Positions 17,448-29,243 of a stretch of DNA of 41,991 nt are shown here, piece after piece; the stretch's first letter is position 1; each line of letters starts with the position of its first letter. A program made the translations under genes and the position numbers. The notes below the pieces were generated by a model. That model worked only from the letters and a program-made list of their open reading frames with translations. It was not told the DNA's origin and searched no databases. Origin of the DNA: an uncultured Gemmatimonadaceae bacterium (GTDB lineage Bacteria; Latescibacterota; UBA2968; UBA8231). The stretch is taken from the NCBI GenBank assembly GCA_937919035.1, contig CALFPI010000042.1:1-41991 (forward strand). Direction: 5' to 3'.

Positions 17448-17457
17448 ATGCTAGGCT
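17429..17457 (+). promoter_or_regulatory. Putative sigma70 promoter for the biosynthetic operon (TTGACG-N17-TAGGCT)
   Basis: -35 TTGACG at 17429-17434, exact 17-nt spacer, and -10 TAGGCT (TAnnnT) at 17452-17457, about 120 bp upstream of the FAAL ATG. Confidence 0.6.
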
Positions 17458-17578
17458 AACGGGGTGATTTCCTGTGCGCCGCCCGGGCCGGCGTAGACTG
17501 CGGCCCGCAGTTGCGCTCCTGCTTGTTCTCCTGCGAAGACCCCCGATTAGCCCATTCCGCCACGAGCGAAATCAAACG

Positions 17579-19756
17579 ATGTACGCACATGAGAAGGAGA
17601 ATCCGGCAGGGGGTGAGAATTCCTTCTCCTCTCTCGTTGAGGTGCTCCGTTATCGGGCAGCAACGCAGCCGCATGACACTGCCTACACCTTCCTGCTGAA
17701 CGGGGAAGAAGAGGCGGGAAGCCTGACGTTTGCCGAACTCGACACAAAAGCCAGAACGCTGGCAGTGCGGCTCCTTGCGGACGTCGCGCCAGGTGACCGA
17801 GCCCTGCTCCTGTATCCATCGTCGCTGGACTACATTGTTGGCTTTTTTGGCTGTCTGTATGCGGGCATCATACCGGTGCCCAATTATCCCCCGAAACGTA
17901 ACAAGGCGGACCGCCGGCTGCAGAGCATCGCGGCGGATGCGGACCCGGCTCTCCTGTTGTGCAATGGAGATACGCTCGGCGACGTCGAAGCGCGAGTCGC
18001 TGACACGCCGGCACTGAGCCGGATGCGCTGGATTGCGACCGATCAATTGGCCGGTGCCGATCCATCGGTCTGGCGCGAACCCGATGTGGATGCCGACTCC
18101 CTCGCGTTCCTCCAATACACCTCAGGCTCGACTTCCAGCCCCAAGGGGGTCATGGTCTCCCACGGAAACCTGCTTCAGGTCCTGGCGGAATGCGATGTGA
18201 GTTGGCGCTTCGCGCGCGGAAGCAGGATGGTATCCTGGCTCCCTATTTTCCACGATCTCGGTCTCATCTACGGTATTCTCCAACCGGCGTACAGCGGCAT
18301 CCCGAGCTATTTCATGGCCCCCGTAGCCTTCCTGCAGCAGCCGGTCCGCTGGCTCAAGGCGATCTCGACATACCAGGCGAGCCACACGGCGGCACCCAAC
18401 TTCGCCTACGACTTGTGTGTGGAAAGAATCAGCCAAGAGCAGCGCGGCGGCCTGGACCTGTCTCATCTGGTCGTGTCAATGAACGCCGCCGAGCCGGTGC
18501 GGGCGCAGACCATGCGCCGGTTTGCTGAAGCCTTCGCGCCGGCAGGATTCCGCACAACAGCGTTCTGCCCCGCCTTCGGGATGGCGGAAAGTACACTGAA
18601 AGCGACCGCGACCGGCCACAACGAAGAGAGCGTCTTGGCGGAGGTCTACGCTCTTGACCTGGGGCAGCATCGGGCCGTCACCCCGGGCAACGATGAGCGC
18701 AGCTCTGATGCGAAGGTCGACTCGCGCAAGACGCTCACGTTGGTCAGTTCCGGCCATGCCGTTGGAAAAACCAGAGTCGTCACAGTCGATCCAGAGACCC
18801 GCCAACAGTGCCCGGAGAATTGCGTCGGTGAGATCTGGATCTCGGGGCCGATCGTCGCCCAGGGCTACTGGAATCGACCCGAGCAGACTGCCGAGACCTT
18901 TGGGGGGCGCCTCGTGGGCTCCAACGAGGGTCCGTTTCTCCGAACCGGCGACCTCGGATTTATCCGGGATGGGGAGTGTTATGTCACGGGGCGTCGCAAG
19001 GATGTCATCATCATCCGTGGAATCAACCACTACCCGCAGGATATCGAGTTGACCGTGCAGCAGTCTCATCCCGCGCTCCGCCCGGACTGCGGCGCCGCGT
19101 TTGCCATCGACGTCGGTGACGAGGAACGGCTGGTTGTGGTACAGGAAGTCCGTCGGACATTTCTCAAAGACGTGGACCCGGCTGAGATCTTCGCCGCGGC
19201 GCGCAGAGCAATTCTCGATGTCCACGAGCTGCAAGTCCATGCCATCGCGCTGCTTCGTACGGCATCGATGCTGAAAACGAGCAGTGGAAAAGTCCAGCGA
19301 CAGGCGTGCAAGGCCCATTACCTCGAAAACCGGTTTCCCATCGTGGCGACCTGGAACGTGGCAGGCGAAGAGACTGCAGGGAGGCTGGCGGCGCTGCCGA
19401 CGGGGCAGACAGTCCATTCCGTTCAACGTTGGATGATGAAATGGGTCGCCCGAAGATCCGGCCTCGACCTGCATGGCATCAGGCTGGGCGAATCCTTCGA
19501 TGCCTTTGGGATGGACTCACTGGCGGCGGTGGAGTTCGCCCACGATCTGGGCGCCTGGCTTGGCACAGAGATTGAAGAGACGATCGTCTGGAATTACCCG
19601 ACGATCGAGGCTCTTTCGTTGTTTGTGGTGAATCAGATCCGGGGCATTTCCTCCGAATCCACGGGCCGCAACGACCGCCCCCTGGACGAACTGAGCGAAG
19701 TGGAACTGGTCGGCCTCCTGTATGAAGAAATCGAGAGAATCCATTCGGATGGATGA
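17579..19756 (+). CDS. Fatty acyl-AMP ligase fused to ACP (FAAL-ACP loading module)
   Basis: AFLQYTSGSTSSPKGVMVSHGNL, SWLPIFHDLGLI, FGMAESTL followed by the FAAL-type insertion, LRTGDLG, GRRKDVIIIRGINHYPQDIE, KTSSGKVQR; ACP FGMDSL. Start set at ATG 17579. Confidence 0.93.
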   Translation: MYAHEKENPAGGENSFSSLVEVLRYRAATQPHDTAYTFLLNGEEEAGSLTFAELDTKARTLAVRLLADVAPGDRALLLYPSSLDYIVGFFGCLYAGIIPVPNYPPKRNKADRRLQSIAADADPALLLCNGDTLGDVEARVADTPALSRMRWIATDQLAGADPSVWREPDVDADSLAFLQYTSGSTSSPKGVMVSHGNLLQVLAECDVSWRFARGSRMVSWLPIFHDLGLIYGILQPAYSGIPSYFMAPVAFLQQPVRWLKAISTYQASHTAAPNFAYDLCVERISQEQRGGLDLSHLVVSMNAAEPVRAQTMRRFAEAFAPAGFRTTAFCPAFGMAESTLKATATGHNEESVLAEVYALDLGQHRAVTPGNDERSSDAKVDSRKTLTLVSSGHAVGKTRVVTVDPETRQQCPENCVGEIWISGPIVAQGYWNRPEQTAETFGGRLVGSNEGPFLRTGDLGFIRDGECYVTGRRKDVIIIRGINHYPQDIELTVQQSHPALRPDCGAAFAIDVGDEERLVVVQEVRRTFLKDVDPAEIFAAARRAILDVHELQVHAIALLRTASMLKTSSGKVQRQACKAHYLENRFPIVATWNVAGEETAGRLAALPTGQTVHSVQRWMMKWVARRSGLDLHGIRLGESFDAFGMDSLAAVEFAHDLGAWLGTEIEETIVWNYPTIEALSLFVVNQIRGISSESTGRNDRPLDELSEVELVGLLYEEIERIHSDG

Positions 19757-22700
19757 GATGACCCTCCTTCCTGGTGACCCCGATAGCAAAAGCGCCCTCA
19801 GGGATGCCCTTGTCCACATCCGCAAGCTTCGATCCGAGCTTGATAAAGCGCGCAGTTCTCATGCCGAACCTGTTGCGGTGGTCGGCATGGCGTGTCGCTT
19901 CCCCGGAGGAGTTACGGATCCTGAGTCCTATTGGCGACTCTTGCGTGACGGGACGTGCGCCGTCGGGAAGCTCACCGATCGATGGGACGTCGATGCCTGG
20001 TTCGACCAGGATCCGGATGTCGCCGGCAAGCTCTATACGCAACACGGAGGATATCTCTCCGATGTGGATGCCTTTGACCCCGATGTCTTCGGCATTTCGC
20101 CGCGCGAGGCCAAGGGGCTGGATCCACAGCAGCGTATTCTTCTGGAGGTTACGTGGGAGGCGCTGGAGCGGGCCGGTCTGTCGGCCCGTACGCTGCGCGG
20201 CAGCAAGACCGGCGTCTACATCGGCTTAAGCACCGACGACTACGCCAACCTTAGTTCGCAGACCTACGAATCGATCGATGCCTGGAACGGGCTCGGTACC
20301 ATGCGCAGCGTGGCAGCGGGTCGAATTTCTTACACCTTCGGTCTGGAAGGGCCTGCCCTCCTCTTCGACACCTCTTGCTCCTCGTCGCTCACTGCCATCC
20401 ATCAGGCCTGTCGCGACCTGCAGACCGGTGACGCATCGACGGCTATTGCAGGGGGAGTCAACCTGATCCTCACGCCACGCATGACCATCACTCTGTGCAG
20501 ACTGAAGGCCCTGTCTCCGGATGGGATCTGCAGAACCTTCGATGCCGGCGCCAATGGCTACGTACGGGGTGAGGGATGCGGCGTCGTGATTCTCAAGACT
20601 CTGTCACAGGCCAGGAAGGACGGCGACTCGGTTCTGGCCGTGATTCGGGGGTCGGCGATCAGCCACGACGGTCGGAGCAACGGACTGACGGCACCCAACG
20701 GTCAGGCCCAGGAACGACTGATGCGCCAGGCTCTGGAGGCGGCCGGCGTGGGCCCTGACCAGGTCCAGTATGTCGAGACCCATGGCACGGGCACATCTCT
20801 GGGTGACCCGATCGAGGTGCACGCCCTCGGAGCGGTCTATGGTGGCGCCCACAGCAAGGAGAACCCGCTTCGGATCGGGTCGGTCAAAACAAATATCGGC
20901 CACCTGGAAGCAGCGGCGGGTGTTGCCGGCTTTATCAAGACGGTCCTCTCTCTGCAGAACCGCGAAATCCCTCCCCACCTGCATTTTGACACCCCGAATC
21001 CCCACATCGCCTGGGAACGGCTTCCTTTCACGGTTCCGGTGGCACTCGAAGCATGGGAGCCTCCTGCTGCAGGCGACAATCGGCGTGCGGCGGTCAGCGC
21101 CTTTGGCATGAGTGGTACCAACGTCCACGTGGTGCTGGAGGAGTATCACGCCGACGTGGCCGTCTCGCCGGCGTGCCAGCGGCCGTGGCATCTGCTCGCA
21201 TTGACGGCCCAATCGGATACCGCCCTGAAGGCGGTCGTCGAGACCTACCTGCAGCACCTGGAAACTGCCGAAAAGCCAGCGCTGGCGGATCTCTGCTACT
21301 CGGCCAACACGGGGCGCACGCCGCTCGACCGACGAGTCGTTTTCACGGCTTCGTCCCATGACGGACTGGTCGATGCCCTGCAGGCGTACTCGACCCGTCG
21401 AGATGACGCTGACACGGGGACTGCAGGCGGCCAGTTCCTCTGCTCTGCGGCTCATGTTCCACCCGTGCCGCAGGTCGCGTTTCTCTTCACGGGTCAAGGA
21501 TCTCAGTACCGGCGAATGGGGCGCGAGCTCTACGACACCCTACCGGTCTTTGCCGCGACGATCGACCGCTGCAATGAAATCCTGCAGCCCATTCTGGGTG
21601 TATCCCTGCATTCGCTCATCGACGACGACTCAGAGCTGCTGAACCAGACTCGATACACTCAGCCAGCTCTGTTCTCCCTGCAGTGTGCGCTGTACAGGCT
21701 GTGGGAATCATGGGGGGTCCGTCCCCAGGCGGTGATGGGCCACAGTGTCGGTGAGTACGCCGCGGCGTGGGCGGCAGGTGTGTTCGACCTGGAGCAGGGC
21801 CTTGTGCTGGTTGCAGAGAGAGCTCGACTGATGCAATCGATGCCAGGCCACGGCGCCATGGTTGCCGTCCTGGGACCGGCAGGCAAGGTTCACGACGTCC
21901 TGCCGCGACTCGAAGGCGATGTCGAAGTGGCGGCGTGGAACGGTCCGAACCACGTCGTGCTCACAGGCAATGGTGAATCCATCCGCCAGGCCGTGGCGAT
22001 CTTTGAAGGCGAAGGCCTCACGTGCCGGCCGCTGAAGGTCTCACATGCCTTCCATTCCTCGCATATGGACGGCATGCTCGCCGATCTCGCCGAATTCGCA
22101 GGACATATGGAATTCCGCGAGCCTGCCATTCCGCTGATCTCGAATCTCACCGGGCGCCCTCTGCGCCCCGGAGAAATCGGTCCCGAATACTGGTCCTCCC
22201 ACACGCGCCAGGCCGTCCGTTTCCAGGACGGCATCCAGTCGCTGGCAGAAGCCGGATGCGGGCTTTTTGTCGAGATCGGGCCGACGCCGGTCCTGGTGGG
22301 AATGGCCCGCGCTGTCCTGTCCGAGCCGGACATCGCCTGGCTTCCGAGCCTGCGTCCTGGTCTCTCTGACTGGAAGCAGTTGCTGCTTTCAGCGGGCGCG
22401 TTGTTCACGCGCAATGTTCCCATCGATTTCGAGGCAGTAGACCGGGCCTTTGCCGCCGAACGCTGTCCGCTTCCCACGTATCCGTTTCAGCGCAGACGCT
22501 TCTGGCTGGAAACGGCTCAGCCCATGTCGCCGGCGTCCGCGACGGTGGCACCGGGCGTCACGGCGTCGGCAGTCGAGGATTGCCTGTACACCTTCGAATG
22601 GGAGCCTGTCGGCGAGCTCCACGGGACGGGCCGCGCCAGTTTGCCGGCGCCTCACATCCTGGGCGACCAGCTCCGGCCTCGCGTCGGCGCTCTTTCCCTG

Positions 22701-25700
22701 GCGCGGGACGTGGACCGAATCAGGCCGCTGCAGGCATCTCTGGATCCCATGGGGCTGCGCTTCGTCGTCAACGCGTGGAAGGACTGCGGTCTTCCCATGG
22801 AATCCGGTGAACGGATCCAGCTCCATGAAGCGGCCACACGGGCCGGCGTCGCCGCCAACCGTCTCCCGGTCTTTGGTTCGATCATCAGCATTCTGGAACA
22901 GGAAGAGCTGGTCGCGGTCCACGGCGAGGAAATCGAGATCATCTGCGATATCCCCCGGTGGGAAATTCCCGAAAACACTCCAGCGGCGCCCCAGGAGATC
23001 GAGGCGGAAGCGGCCTTGCTGCACCGCTGCGGTGGTTCCCTGAAGGAGGTCCTCCAGGGACATGCCGACCCAGTCCAGCTGCTGTTTCCTGATGGTGACA
23101 TGAGTCTGGTTGAACGTCTCTACGAGGCATCCGCGGAGTCGACCCTCGTCAACGAGGTCTTGTCCCAGGCCGTGGCCGACATCGCCGGTTCGGTCGATTC
23201 CGGGCGTGTTCGAATTCTCGAAATCGGTGCCGGCACGGGCGGCACGACCTCACACGTGCTGCCGATGTTGGCCGATGTGGAATGCGAGTATGTCTACTCC
23301 GACCTGTCTCCGGCCTTTTTCGCCCGGGCCAAGGAAAAATTCTCAGCCTACCGGTTCGTTGAGTACCGAACCCTCGATATCGAAGCCGAGCCGCGGGTGC
23401 AGGGCTTGCAGAGAGGGTCCTTTGACATCGTGCTGGCGTCCAATGTCCTGCATGCCGCCGCTGATCTGCGCGCCGCGCTTGCCCATGCCAAGCAGCTTCT
23501 TGCGCCGGGAGGATTGCTGATCCTCATCGAGGTGACGGGACGAGCCCGATGGCTGGAATTGACCTTCGGTCTCACCGACGGCTGGTGGAACTTCCGGGAC
23601 GGTGATCTGCGCTCCTGGGGCCCTCTGCTGACTTGCGCCGCCTGGGAATCGCTCCTCGACGATTGCGGCTTCGAGCAAGCCTCCTCGTTGACGGGTGGCA
23701 CGTCTGCGACCCCGCACCAGTTTCAGCAGTCTGTGATTCTGTCACGCAACAGCGACATCCTTGCCTCCCACCCGGAGGATGCGTGGCTGCTGTTCACAGA
23801 CGAATCCCCGCTTGCGCGCGACCTGGTCCAGGGACTGGAGAGACAGGGACGCCCGTGTATTGAGGTCTATGCCGGGACACAGTTCGAGAGGCTCTCGAAC
23901 ACCGCATTCCGGGTGAACCCCCTCGACCCGAACCATATCGATCTGGTCTTCGGTGAGATCTCCGGACGAAGCCTGCAGGGGATCCTGCACTTGTGGAATC
24001 TCCAGACGACTCCCATCGAATCGTGCGACGCGCAGGACTTGCGCGACGCCGCGATGCTCGGGTGCGCCAGTGTTCTGCATCTGGCTCAGTCACTGCTGGA
24101 GGCCGACGTCGCGCCCGCGCCCGTCTGGATCCTGACCCGCCAGGCCCAGGCCCTGTCCGACGACAGGTCGGTAAACCCCGTGCAGTCGATCGCCTTGGGA
24201 CTGGGCAAGGTGATCGGCCAGGAGCATCCGGAGTTGGCCTTCCGTTTCCTGGATCTGGAGCCGCCCGGAACCACGGACCGCACGGCGGAATTGGTTGGCT
24301 ACCTTCTCGAGCAGGGCACTGCTGGCGAGGCCGAAACCGCGTTCCAGGGAACAAGCGTGCTGGCGCCGCGACTTCGACGGCTCAACAGCGGCGGCCAGGA
24401 GCCCATCACCGTCAGAGGAGATGCGGCCTATGTCATTACCGGGGGGCTTGGCGGCGTCGGACTGGAGGTGACGGAATGGCTGGTGAGACGGGGAGCCACT
24501 TCGATCGTTCTCATGTCCAGGTCTGCCGCTGACCACAGCGTCGCCGAACGTCTCGATTCACTGCGGCGGCGAGGGGCACGCATTGAGGTGTTTCAGGGGG
24601 ATGTCGCCGAGGCGGCTGATGTCGCCCGGTTGATGGACTTCATTCGGTCGGAGGTAGGGCCGCTGAGGGGTGTGATCCACTCGGCGGGCGTCTACGATGA
24701 TCGCCTGCTGGCGGACCATCGTTGGGAGCTGTTCGAGAAAGTCTTCGAGGCGAAGGTGATCGGCACCTGGAACCTGCATCGATCCACGGCCGAAGAGCAG
24801 TTGGACTTCTTTATCTGCTTCTCCTCCATCGCTTCCATGGTCGGTGCTCCCGGCCTGGCCAACTACGTGGCTGCCAACGCCTTTCTGGATTCCTTTGCCG
24901 TCTTTCGCCGCAGCCAGGGGTTGCCGGCTCTGTCCGTGTGCTGGGGGCCGTGGGACCATGTCGGTATGGCCCGGACAGTCGGGGCGCGACGCCAGGCACA
25001 GTGGCAGACGTCTGGCGTGTCCCCGTTGAGCACCGGCGACAACTGCAGGGCTCTCGAGATCGCCCTGGGCTCGAATGTCGCCCGCCTCGGTGTTCTGGAT
25101 GTTGACTGGGACAGGTTCCTTGGACGCCTCAATGATGCCGGCCGTGCCGCCCAGTTCCACGATCTGCGCGGGGCACCGTCCGACGGTGCCATCGAAGCGG
25201 AGGATTTTCTGGCACAGCTCCGGGCGACGGGGGCCGTGGACCGAGTGGCTGTCGTGGTCCGACAACTCCGCACGGTCGTAGCTGCCGTACTCGACGTCGA
25301 CGTTGTCGAACAGTTGCCGGTGGACAAGGGACTGTTTGATCTCGGCATGGACTCTCTCATGGCTCTTGAACTTGTCAAAGGGATCAACGGCAAGTACGGG
25401 TGCGCGTTTACCGGAACGGCTGTTTTCCGCCACCCGACGATCACCGAAATCGCCCATCAGGTCCTCGAGGAGATTCCGGCGGACCGCCTCGCCGGCGCGA
25501 ACCGGGCGGCCTCGTCCGAGGCTGGCTCGCAGGTGGTGACGGGAGCAATGGCACTCTCTGTCCCACCCCGGTTGACCTCAGGCGACGACGGTATTGCCAT
25601 TGTCGCCATGGCCTGTCGTTTCCCGGGGGGCGCAGATACACCAGAGTTGTTTGGTGATCTGCTGTTCGACGGTGTTGACGCCGTTGTCCCCTACCCCAAG

Positions 25701-28700
25701 GCACGCTGGGATATCGATGCACTGTACGACCCCGATCCCGGTAGGGCCGGCAAGATCGCCGCACGCCAGGGGGGGTTTCTCGACGAGATCGACGGTTTCG
25801 ATCCGGCGTTTTTCGGCATCTCTCCGAAGGAGGCGGTCAGCCTGGATCCCCAGCAGCGTCTCCTTCTCGAGATCTGCTGGGAGGCCATGGAGCGGGCAGG
25901 AATCCCGCCCTCGTCCGTGCGCGGTTCGGCCACCGGCGTCTTTGTCGGCATCGGCCAGAGCGACTACGCCAGCTGGAAGCTGAATGCGGGAGACCTTGAG
26001 GCCATCAACGCCTATGACGGAACAGGAACAGGTCTCTGTTTCTCCGCGGGCAGGATCTCGTATACGCTGGGACTGCAGGGGCCGAGCCTGGCGGTGGATA
26101 CGGCCTGCTCGTCGTCGCTGGTCGCCATCCATCTGGCATGTCAGAGCCTTCGTATCGGCGAGTGTTCCGCTGCTCTGGCCGGTGGCGTCCACCTCAATCT
26201 GTCGCCTGAAGTGGGCGTATTCCTGTCGCGGACCGGTGCGCTGGCGCCAGACGGTCGATGCAAGGCGTTCGACGCCAGCGCCGATGGCTTTGGTCGAGGA
26301 GAGGGTGGTGGTGTGGTCCTGCTGAAGCGCCTCTCGGACGCTCGCGCCAACGGTGATCCCGTCCTGGCGATCATCCGTGGCAGTGCGACAAACCACGATG
26401 GGGCCAGCAGCGGCCTCACTGTTCCCAACCAGAAGGCCCAGGACGACCTGCTCCGCAGCGCGCTGCGACAGGCACAGGTGGAGCCCATCGAGGTGGGATA
26501 TGTTGAAGCCCACGGTACTGGCACCATACTCGGTGACCCCATCGAGGTCGAGAGTCTGGCGAAAGTCTTCGGCGAAGATCGCCCGGCGGATCGGCCGCTT
26601 TATATCGGCTCGGTAAAATCCAATATCGGCCATCTGGAGGCGGCGGCAGGCATCGCGGGACTGATGAAGACCGTATTGGCGCTGCAGCACCGCACGATCC
26701 CTCGTCACCTCCATTTCAAGAGCCCGAATCCGCACATCGCCTGGGACAAGATTCCCGTCAAGGTAGCAAGTGAAAACATCCTCTGGGAGGACGCCGGCAG
26801 CGGCAGAATCGCAGGCGTCAGTGCCTTTGGCATGAGTGGCACGAACGCCCACGTGATTGTGCAGGCGGCGGCGGGGATCACGCCTGCGGTATTCGCACCG
26901 GACTCAGAGGCGCTTCTGGTGCTGTCGGCAAAGACGGAGCCGGCGCTGAGGGATCTGGCCGAACAGTGTGCCACCGTATTGGAGCAGGACCCGCCGCCGG
27001 ACCTGATGGACTTCTGTGCCAGCGCTGCTGTCGGGAGGGATCATCATGCGTGCCGACTGGCCGTCCTCGGATCGTCGCCACGGGAGATTTGCCACAAGCT
27101 GCGATCTGCCTTCCTCCCCTCGCCGGAACATGATGTGTTCCGGTCTGATCTCACCACGGGTGGCACAGGACAGGACACCCGCCGAAGTCAGGCACGCAGC
27201 TATGTGGAAGGCGCCGACGTCGACTGGCAAGCGGTCATAGCTACACGCCCTGTTCACCCCAGCCTTGTGCCCACCTATCCGTTTCAACGTCAACGCTACT
27301 GGGTCGACGGGTCTCCGTTTCCCAGCTCTGGCGGGCAGCCGGACGACATCTACTACGCTCTTGAATGGGACTCCCTGGACCTGTTGTCTCTCCCGCAACG
27401 GCAGCAACTCCCGGCGACCTGGGTCATTCTCGCGGACCAGGCCGGCGTGGGTGACCATCTCGCAGAGCAGATTCGTCAGGCGGGGCGGCAGGTATCCTGC
27501 TTTCCCGCCGATTCGTCGAGTGGCGCAACGCGCGCTGACCAGGCCAAAGAGATACTCTCACACGCTGTGTCGCGAGCACAGGGCGAGGTCGGGCTCATCT
27601 ATCTCTGGTCTCTCGATGGCCCGGCTTCCATGGACTGCCTGCCCGATGTGGTGCTCGAACAATGCGAGACGGTGCTCGCCATGGCCCACCATCTGCGCAC
27701 CGAAATGCATGTCGAGGTCCGACTTTGGCTCGGGAGCCGCGGTGCCCTCGCCATCCATGCGCAGGAACCGATCGCCGCTCTCTCCTCGGCCGCACTGTGG
27801 GGTCTTGGCCGTTGCTTGGCGCTGGAGCTCCCGGACCGCTGGGGCGGACTCATCGACTTCGATCCGCAGGACTCCACAGCGGACGACGCGAAGCATTTCT
27901 GGGGATTGCTCACCCGCCAGTGTGCGGAGAAACAGGTCGTGTTCCGGGGCAACGCCACATTTGTCCCGCGCGTCCTGTCGGTGCCGCCGCCGGTCCCGGG
28001 CCGGATCGCTGTCCGCCCGGATGCGACCTACGTTGTCAGTGGCGGTCTGGGCGCCCTCGGACTGCGAACGGCTCGCTGGCTGGTCGAGAAGGGGGCCAGG
28101 AACCTGGTGCTATTCGGCCGGCGCGGTCCGCACGAGAACTCCGGGAAAGCCCTTGCAGATCTGGCCGAGCGGGGTGCCTTCATCCTGACTCTCGCCGCCG
28201 ACGTGACCGACCCACACGACATGCAGGTCCTTTTCCAGAGGATCGCAGCGGAACTGCCTCCCGTGAGAGGCATCTTCCATGCTGCCGGTCTCCCGGGTGT
28301 TTCGCCATTGGCCGAGCTCAGTGCTCAAATGCTGCGCACCGTGATGGCACCCAAGGTCGCGGGCGCTCTGAACCTGGATGAAATCGCCCGGCACCTGGAC
28401 TTGGATTTCTTCGTTCTCTACGCGTCCATCGCCTCTCTGTGGGGCTCCAGGGGGCAGGTTCATTACGCGGCGGCAAACAGCTTTCTCGATGCCCTTGCCT
28501 CGAAACGGCGCGCCGACCATCTGCCGGCAACCAGCGTTTCGTGGGGGCCGTGGGACGAAGGCGGCATGGTCACCGACGACGACAGGAAGGCGCTGGACAG
28601 AGTGGGAATCAGACCGATACTCGATGGCCAGATCGCCGCTGCCCTGGATCGAGTCGTTGGCTCTGAGCGACAACTGGCAGTGGTCGATGTCGACTGGTCC

Positions 28701-29243
28701 CGTCTGCAGCCGCTGTTTGCTGCGGCGGGGGTGGCCCACCTGTTACCCCGGGCTGCGGGCCATTCAGCGTTGGCGCCGCCTTCCCCGGACAGTGACGCGT
28801 TCCTTCCACGCTGGCAAGCCACCGGGGAATCAGCAAGGCCCGTACTGCTGCGCGCCGCAGTCGGCGGCCAGGTTGCCAGGGTTCTCGGCCTTGCTGACAA
28901 CGAGGTAGCCGATCCCGATCAGGGGTTCTTTGAACTGGGCATGGATTCGATCATGGCAGTAAGTCTGCGCAAGAACCTCGAAGATCTGCTGCAGCTCGAG
29001 CTTCCGGCAACCCTCGCCTTCGACTATCCATCGACCAGCCGACTCGCCGACCTGCTGGGCACCCTCCTTGCTCCCCCGGCCGCTGTGTCCCCGTCGGCTC
29101 CCTGGCGAGCGGCGTCTGCCGGCGACAACCCGGGCCTGGTGTCGGACGATCCGGACACGACAGATCCTGCGATGCGCGAGCGACTCCAGCGACTGGAAGG
29201 GCTGGTAAAGAGGTTTGACGGGGCTTTGGATGATTCTGTTTGA
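19749..29243 (+). CDS. Type I PKS, two modules: KS-AT-cMT-KR-ACP / KS-KR-ACP (second module lacks AT)
   Basis: KS1 DTSCSSS/HGTGT/NIGHLE; AT GHSVG + HAFH (malonyl-type); [10 protein letters not shown]; KR1 [22 protein letters not shown]; ACP GMDSL. KS2 DTACSSS/HGTGT/GHLE; no AT; KR2 [23 protein letters not shown]; ACP GMDSI. No DH motif seen. Start ATG 19749 overlaps the FAAL stop. Confidence 0.95.
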   Translation: MDEMTLLPGDPDSKSALRDALVHIRKLRSELDKARSSHAEPVAVVGMACRFPGGVTDPESYWRLLRDGTCAVGKLTDRWDVDAWFDQDPDVAGKLYTQHGGYLSDVDAFDPDVFGISPREAKGLDPQQRILLEVTWEALERAGLSARTLRGSKTGVYIGLSTDDYANLSSQTYESIDAWNGLGTMRSVAAGRISYTFGLEGPALLFDTSCSSSLTAIHQACRDLQTGDASTAIAGGVNLILTPRMTITLCRLKALSPDGICRTFDAGANGYVRGEGCGVVILKTLSQARKDGDSVLAVIRGSAISHDGRSNGLTAPNGQAQERLMRQALEAAGVGPDQVQYVETHGTGTSLGDPIEVHALGAVYGGAHSKENPLRIGSVKTNIGHLEAAAGVAGFIKTVLSLQNREIPPHLHFDTPNPHIAWERLPFTVPVALEAWEPPAAGDNRRAAVSAFGMSGTNVHVVLEEYHADVAVSPACQRPWHLLALTAQSDTALKAVVETYLQHLETAEKPALADLCYSANTGRTPLDRRVVFTASSHDGLVDALQAYSTRRDDADTGTAGGQFLCSAAHVPPVPQVAFLFTGQGSQYRRMGRELYDTLPVFAATIDRCNEILQPILGVSLHSLIDDDSELLNQTRYTQPALFSLQCALYRLWESWGVRPQAVMGHSVGEYAAAWAAGVFDLEQGLVLVAERARLMQSMPGHGAMVAVLGPAGKVHDVLPRLEGDVEVAAWNGPNHVVLTGNGESIRQAVAIFEGEGLTCRPLKVSHAFHSSHMDGMLADLAEFAGHMEFREPAIPLISNLTGRPLRPGEIGPEYWSSHTRQAVRFQDGIQSLAEAGCGLFVEIGPTPVLVGMARAVLSEPDIAWLPSLRPGLSDWKQLLLSAGALFTRNVPIDFEAVDRAFAAERCPLPTYPFQRRRFWLETAQPMSPASATVAPGVTASAVEDCLYTFEWEPVGELHGTGRASLPAPHILGDQLRPRVGALSLARDVDRIRPLQASLDPMGLRFVVNAWKDCGLPMESGERIQLHEAATRAGVAANRLPVFGSIISILEQEELVAVHGEEIEIICDIPRWEIPENTPAAPQEIEAEAALLHRCGGSLKEVLQGHADPVQLLFPDGDMSLVERLYEASAESTLVNEVLSQAVADIAGSVDSGRVRILEIGAGTGGTTSHVLPMLADVECEYVYSDLSPAFFARAKEKFSAYRFVEYRTLDIEAEPRVQGLQRGSFDIVLASNVLHAAADLRAALAHAKQLLAPGGLLILIEVTGRARWLELTFGLTDGWWNFRDGDLRSWGPLLTCAAWESLLDDCGFEQASSLTGGTSATPHQFQQSVILSRNSDILASHPEDAWLLFTDESPLARDLVQGLERQGRPCIEVYAGTQFERLSNTAFRVNPLDPNHIDLVFGEISGRSLQGILHLWNLQTTPIESCDAQDLRDAAMLGCASVLHLAQSLLEADVAPAPVWILTRQAQALSDDRSVNPVQSIALGLGKVIGQEHPELAFRFLDLEPPGTTDRTAELVGYLLEQGTAGEAETAFQGTSVLAPRLRRLNSGGQEPITVRGDAAYVITGGLGGVGLEVTEWLVRRGATSIVLMSRSAADHSVAERLDSLRRRGARIEVFQGDVAEAADVARLMDFIRSEVGPLRGVIHSAGVYDDRLLADHRWELFEKVFEAKVIGTWNLHRSTAEEQLDFFICFSSIASMVGAPGLANYVAANAFLDSFAVFRRSQGLPALSVCWGPWDHVGMARTVGARRQAQWQTSGVSPLSTGDNCRALEIALGSNVARLGVLDVDWDRFLGRLNDAGRAAQFHDLRGAPSDGAIEAEDFLAQLRATGAVDRVAVVVRQLRTVVAAVLDVDVVEQLPVDKGLFDLGMDSLMALELVKGINGKYGCAFTGTAVFRHPTITEIAHQVLEEIPADRLAGANRAASSEAGSQVVTGAMALSVPPRLTSGDDGIAIVAMACRFPGGADTPELFGDLLFDGVDAVVPYPKARWDIDALYDPDPGRAGKIAARQGGFLDEIDGFDPAFFGISPKEAVSLDPQQRLLLEICWEAMERAGIPPSSVRGSATGVFVGIGQSDYASWKLNAGDLEAINAYDGTGTGLCFSAGRISYTLGLQGPSLAVDTACSSSLVAIHLACQSLRIGECSAALAGGVHLNLSPEVGVFLSRTGALAPDGRCKAFDASADGFGRGEGGGVVLLKRLSDARANGDPVLAIIRGSATNHDGASSGLTVPNQKAQDDLLRSALRQAQVEPIEVGYVEAHGTGTILGDPIEVESLAKVFGEDRPADRPLYIGSVKSNIGHLEAAAGIAGLMKTVLALQHRTIPRHLHFKSPNPHIAWDKIPVKVASENILWEDAGSGRIAGVSAFGMSGTNAHVIVQAAAGITPAVFAPDSEALLVLSAKTEPALRDLAEQCATVLEQDPPPDLMDFCASAAVGRDHHACRLAVLGSSPREICHKLRSAFLPSPEHDVFRSDLTTGGTGQDTRRSQARSYVEGADVDWQAVIATRPVHPSLVPTYPFQRQRYWVDGSPFPSSGGQPDDIYYALEWDSLDLLSLPQRQQLPATWVILADQAGVGDHLAEQIRQAGRQVSCFPADSSSGATRADQAKEILSHAVSRAQGEVGLIYLWSLDGPASMDCLPDVVLEQCETVLAMAHHLRTEMHVEVRLWLGSRGALAIHAQEPIAALSSAALWGLGRCLALELPDRWGGLIDFDPQDSTADDAKHFWGLLTRQCAEKQVVFRGNATFVPRVLSVPPPVPGRIAVRPDATYVVSGGLGALGLRTARWLVEKGARNLVLFGRRGPHENSGKALADLAERGAFILTLAADVTDPHDMQVLFQRIAAELPPVRGIFHAAGLPGVSPLAELSAQMLRTVMAPKVAGALNLDEIARHLDLDFFVLYASIASLWGSRGQVHYAAANSFLDALASKRRADHLPATSVSWGPWDEGGMVTDDDRKALDRVGIRPILDGQIAAALDRVVGSERQLAVVDVDWSRLQPLFAAAGVAHLLPRAAGHSALAPPSPDSDAFLPRWQATGESARPVLLRAAVGGQVARVLGLADNEVADPDQGFFELGMDSIMAVSLRKNLEDLLQLELPATLAFDYPSTSRLADLLGTLLAPPAAVSPSAPWRAASAGDNPGLVSDDPDTTDPAMRERLQRLEGLVKRFDGALDDSV

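Noticed and set aside
8465-17578. Calling the cluster a siderophore system because of the TonB receptor and PvdE-like exporter
   Set aside because: I see no Fur-box-like site in the promoter region and no chelator-forming genes or modules in the window. The downstream part of the cluster is needed to decide.
17474-17578. Longer N-terminal extensions given in the ORF track (FAAL from 17474; also 5412, 8471, 19722, 29215, 30087)
   Set aside because: The extensions are non-homologous or overlap neighbouring genes. Downstream ATGs fit RBS placement or stop/start coupling better.
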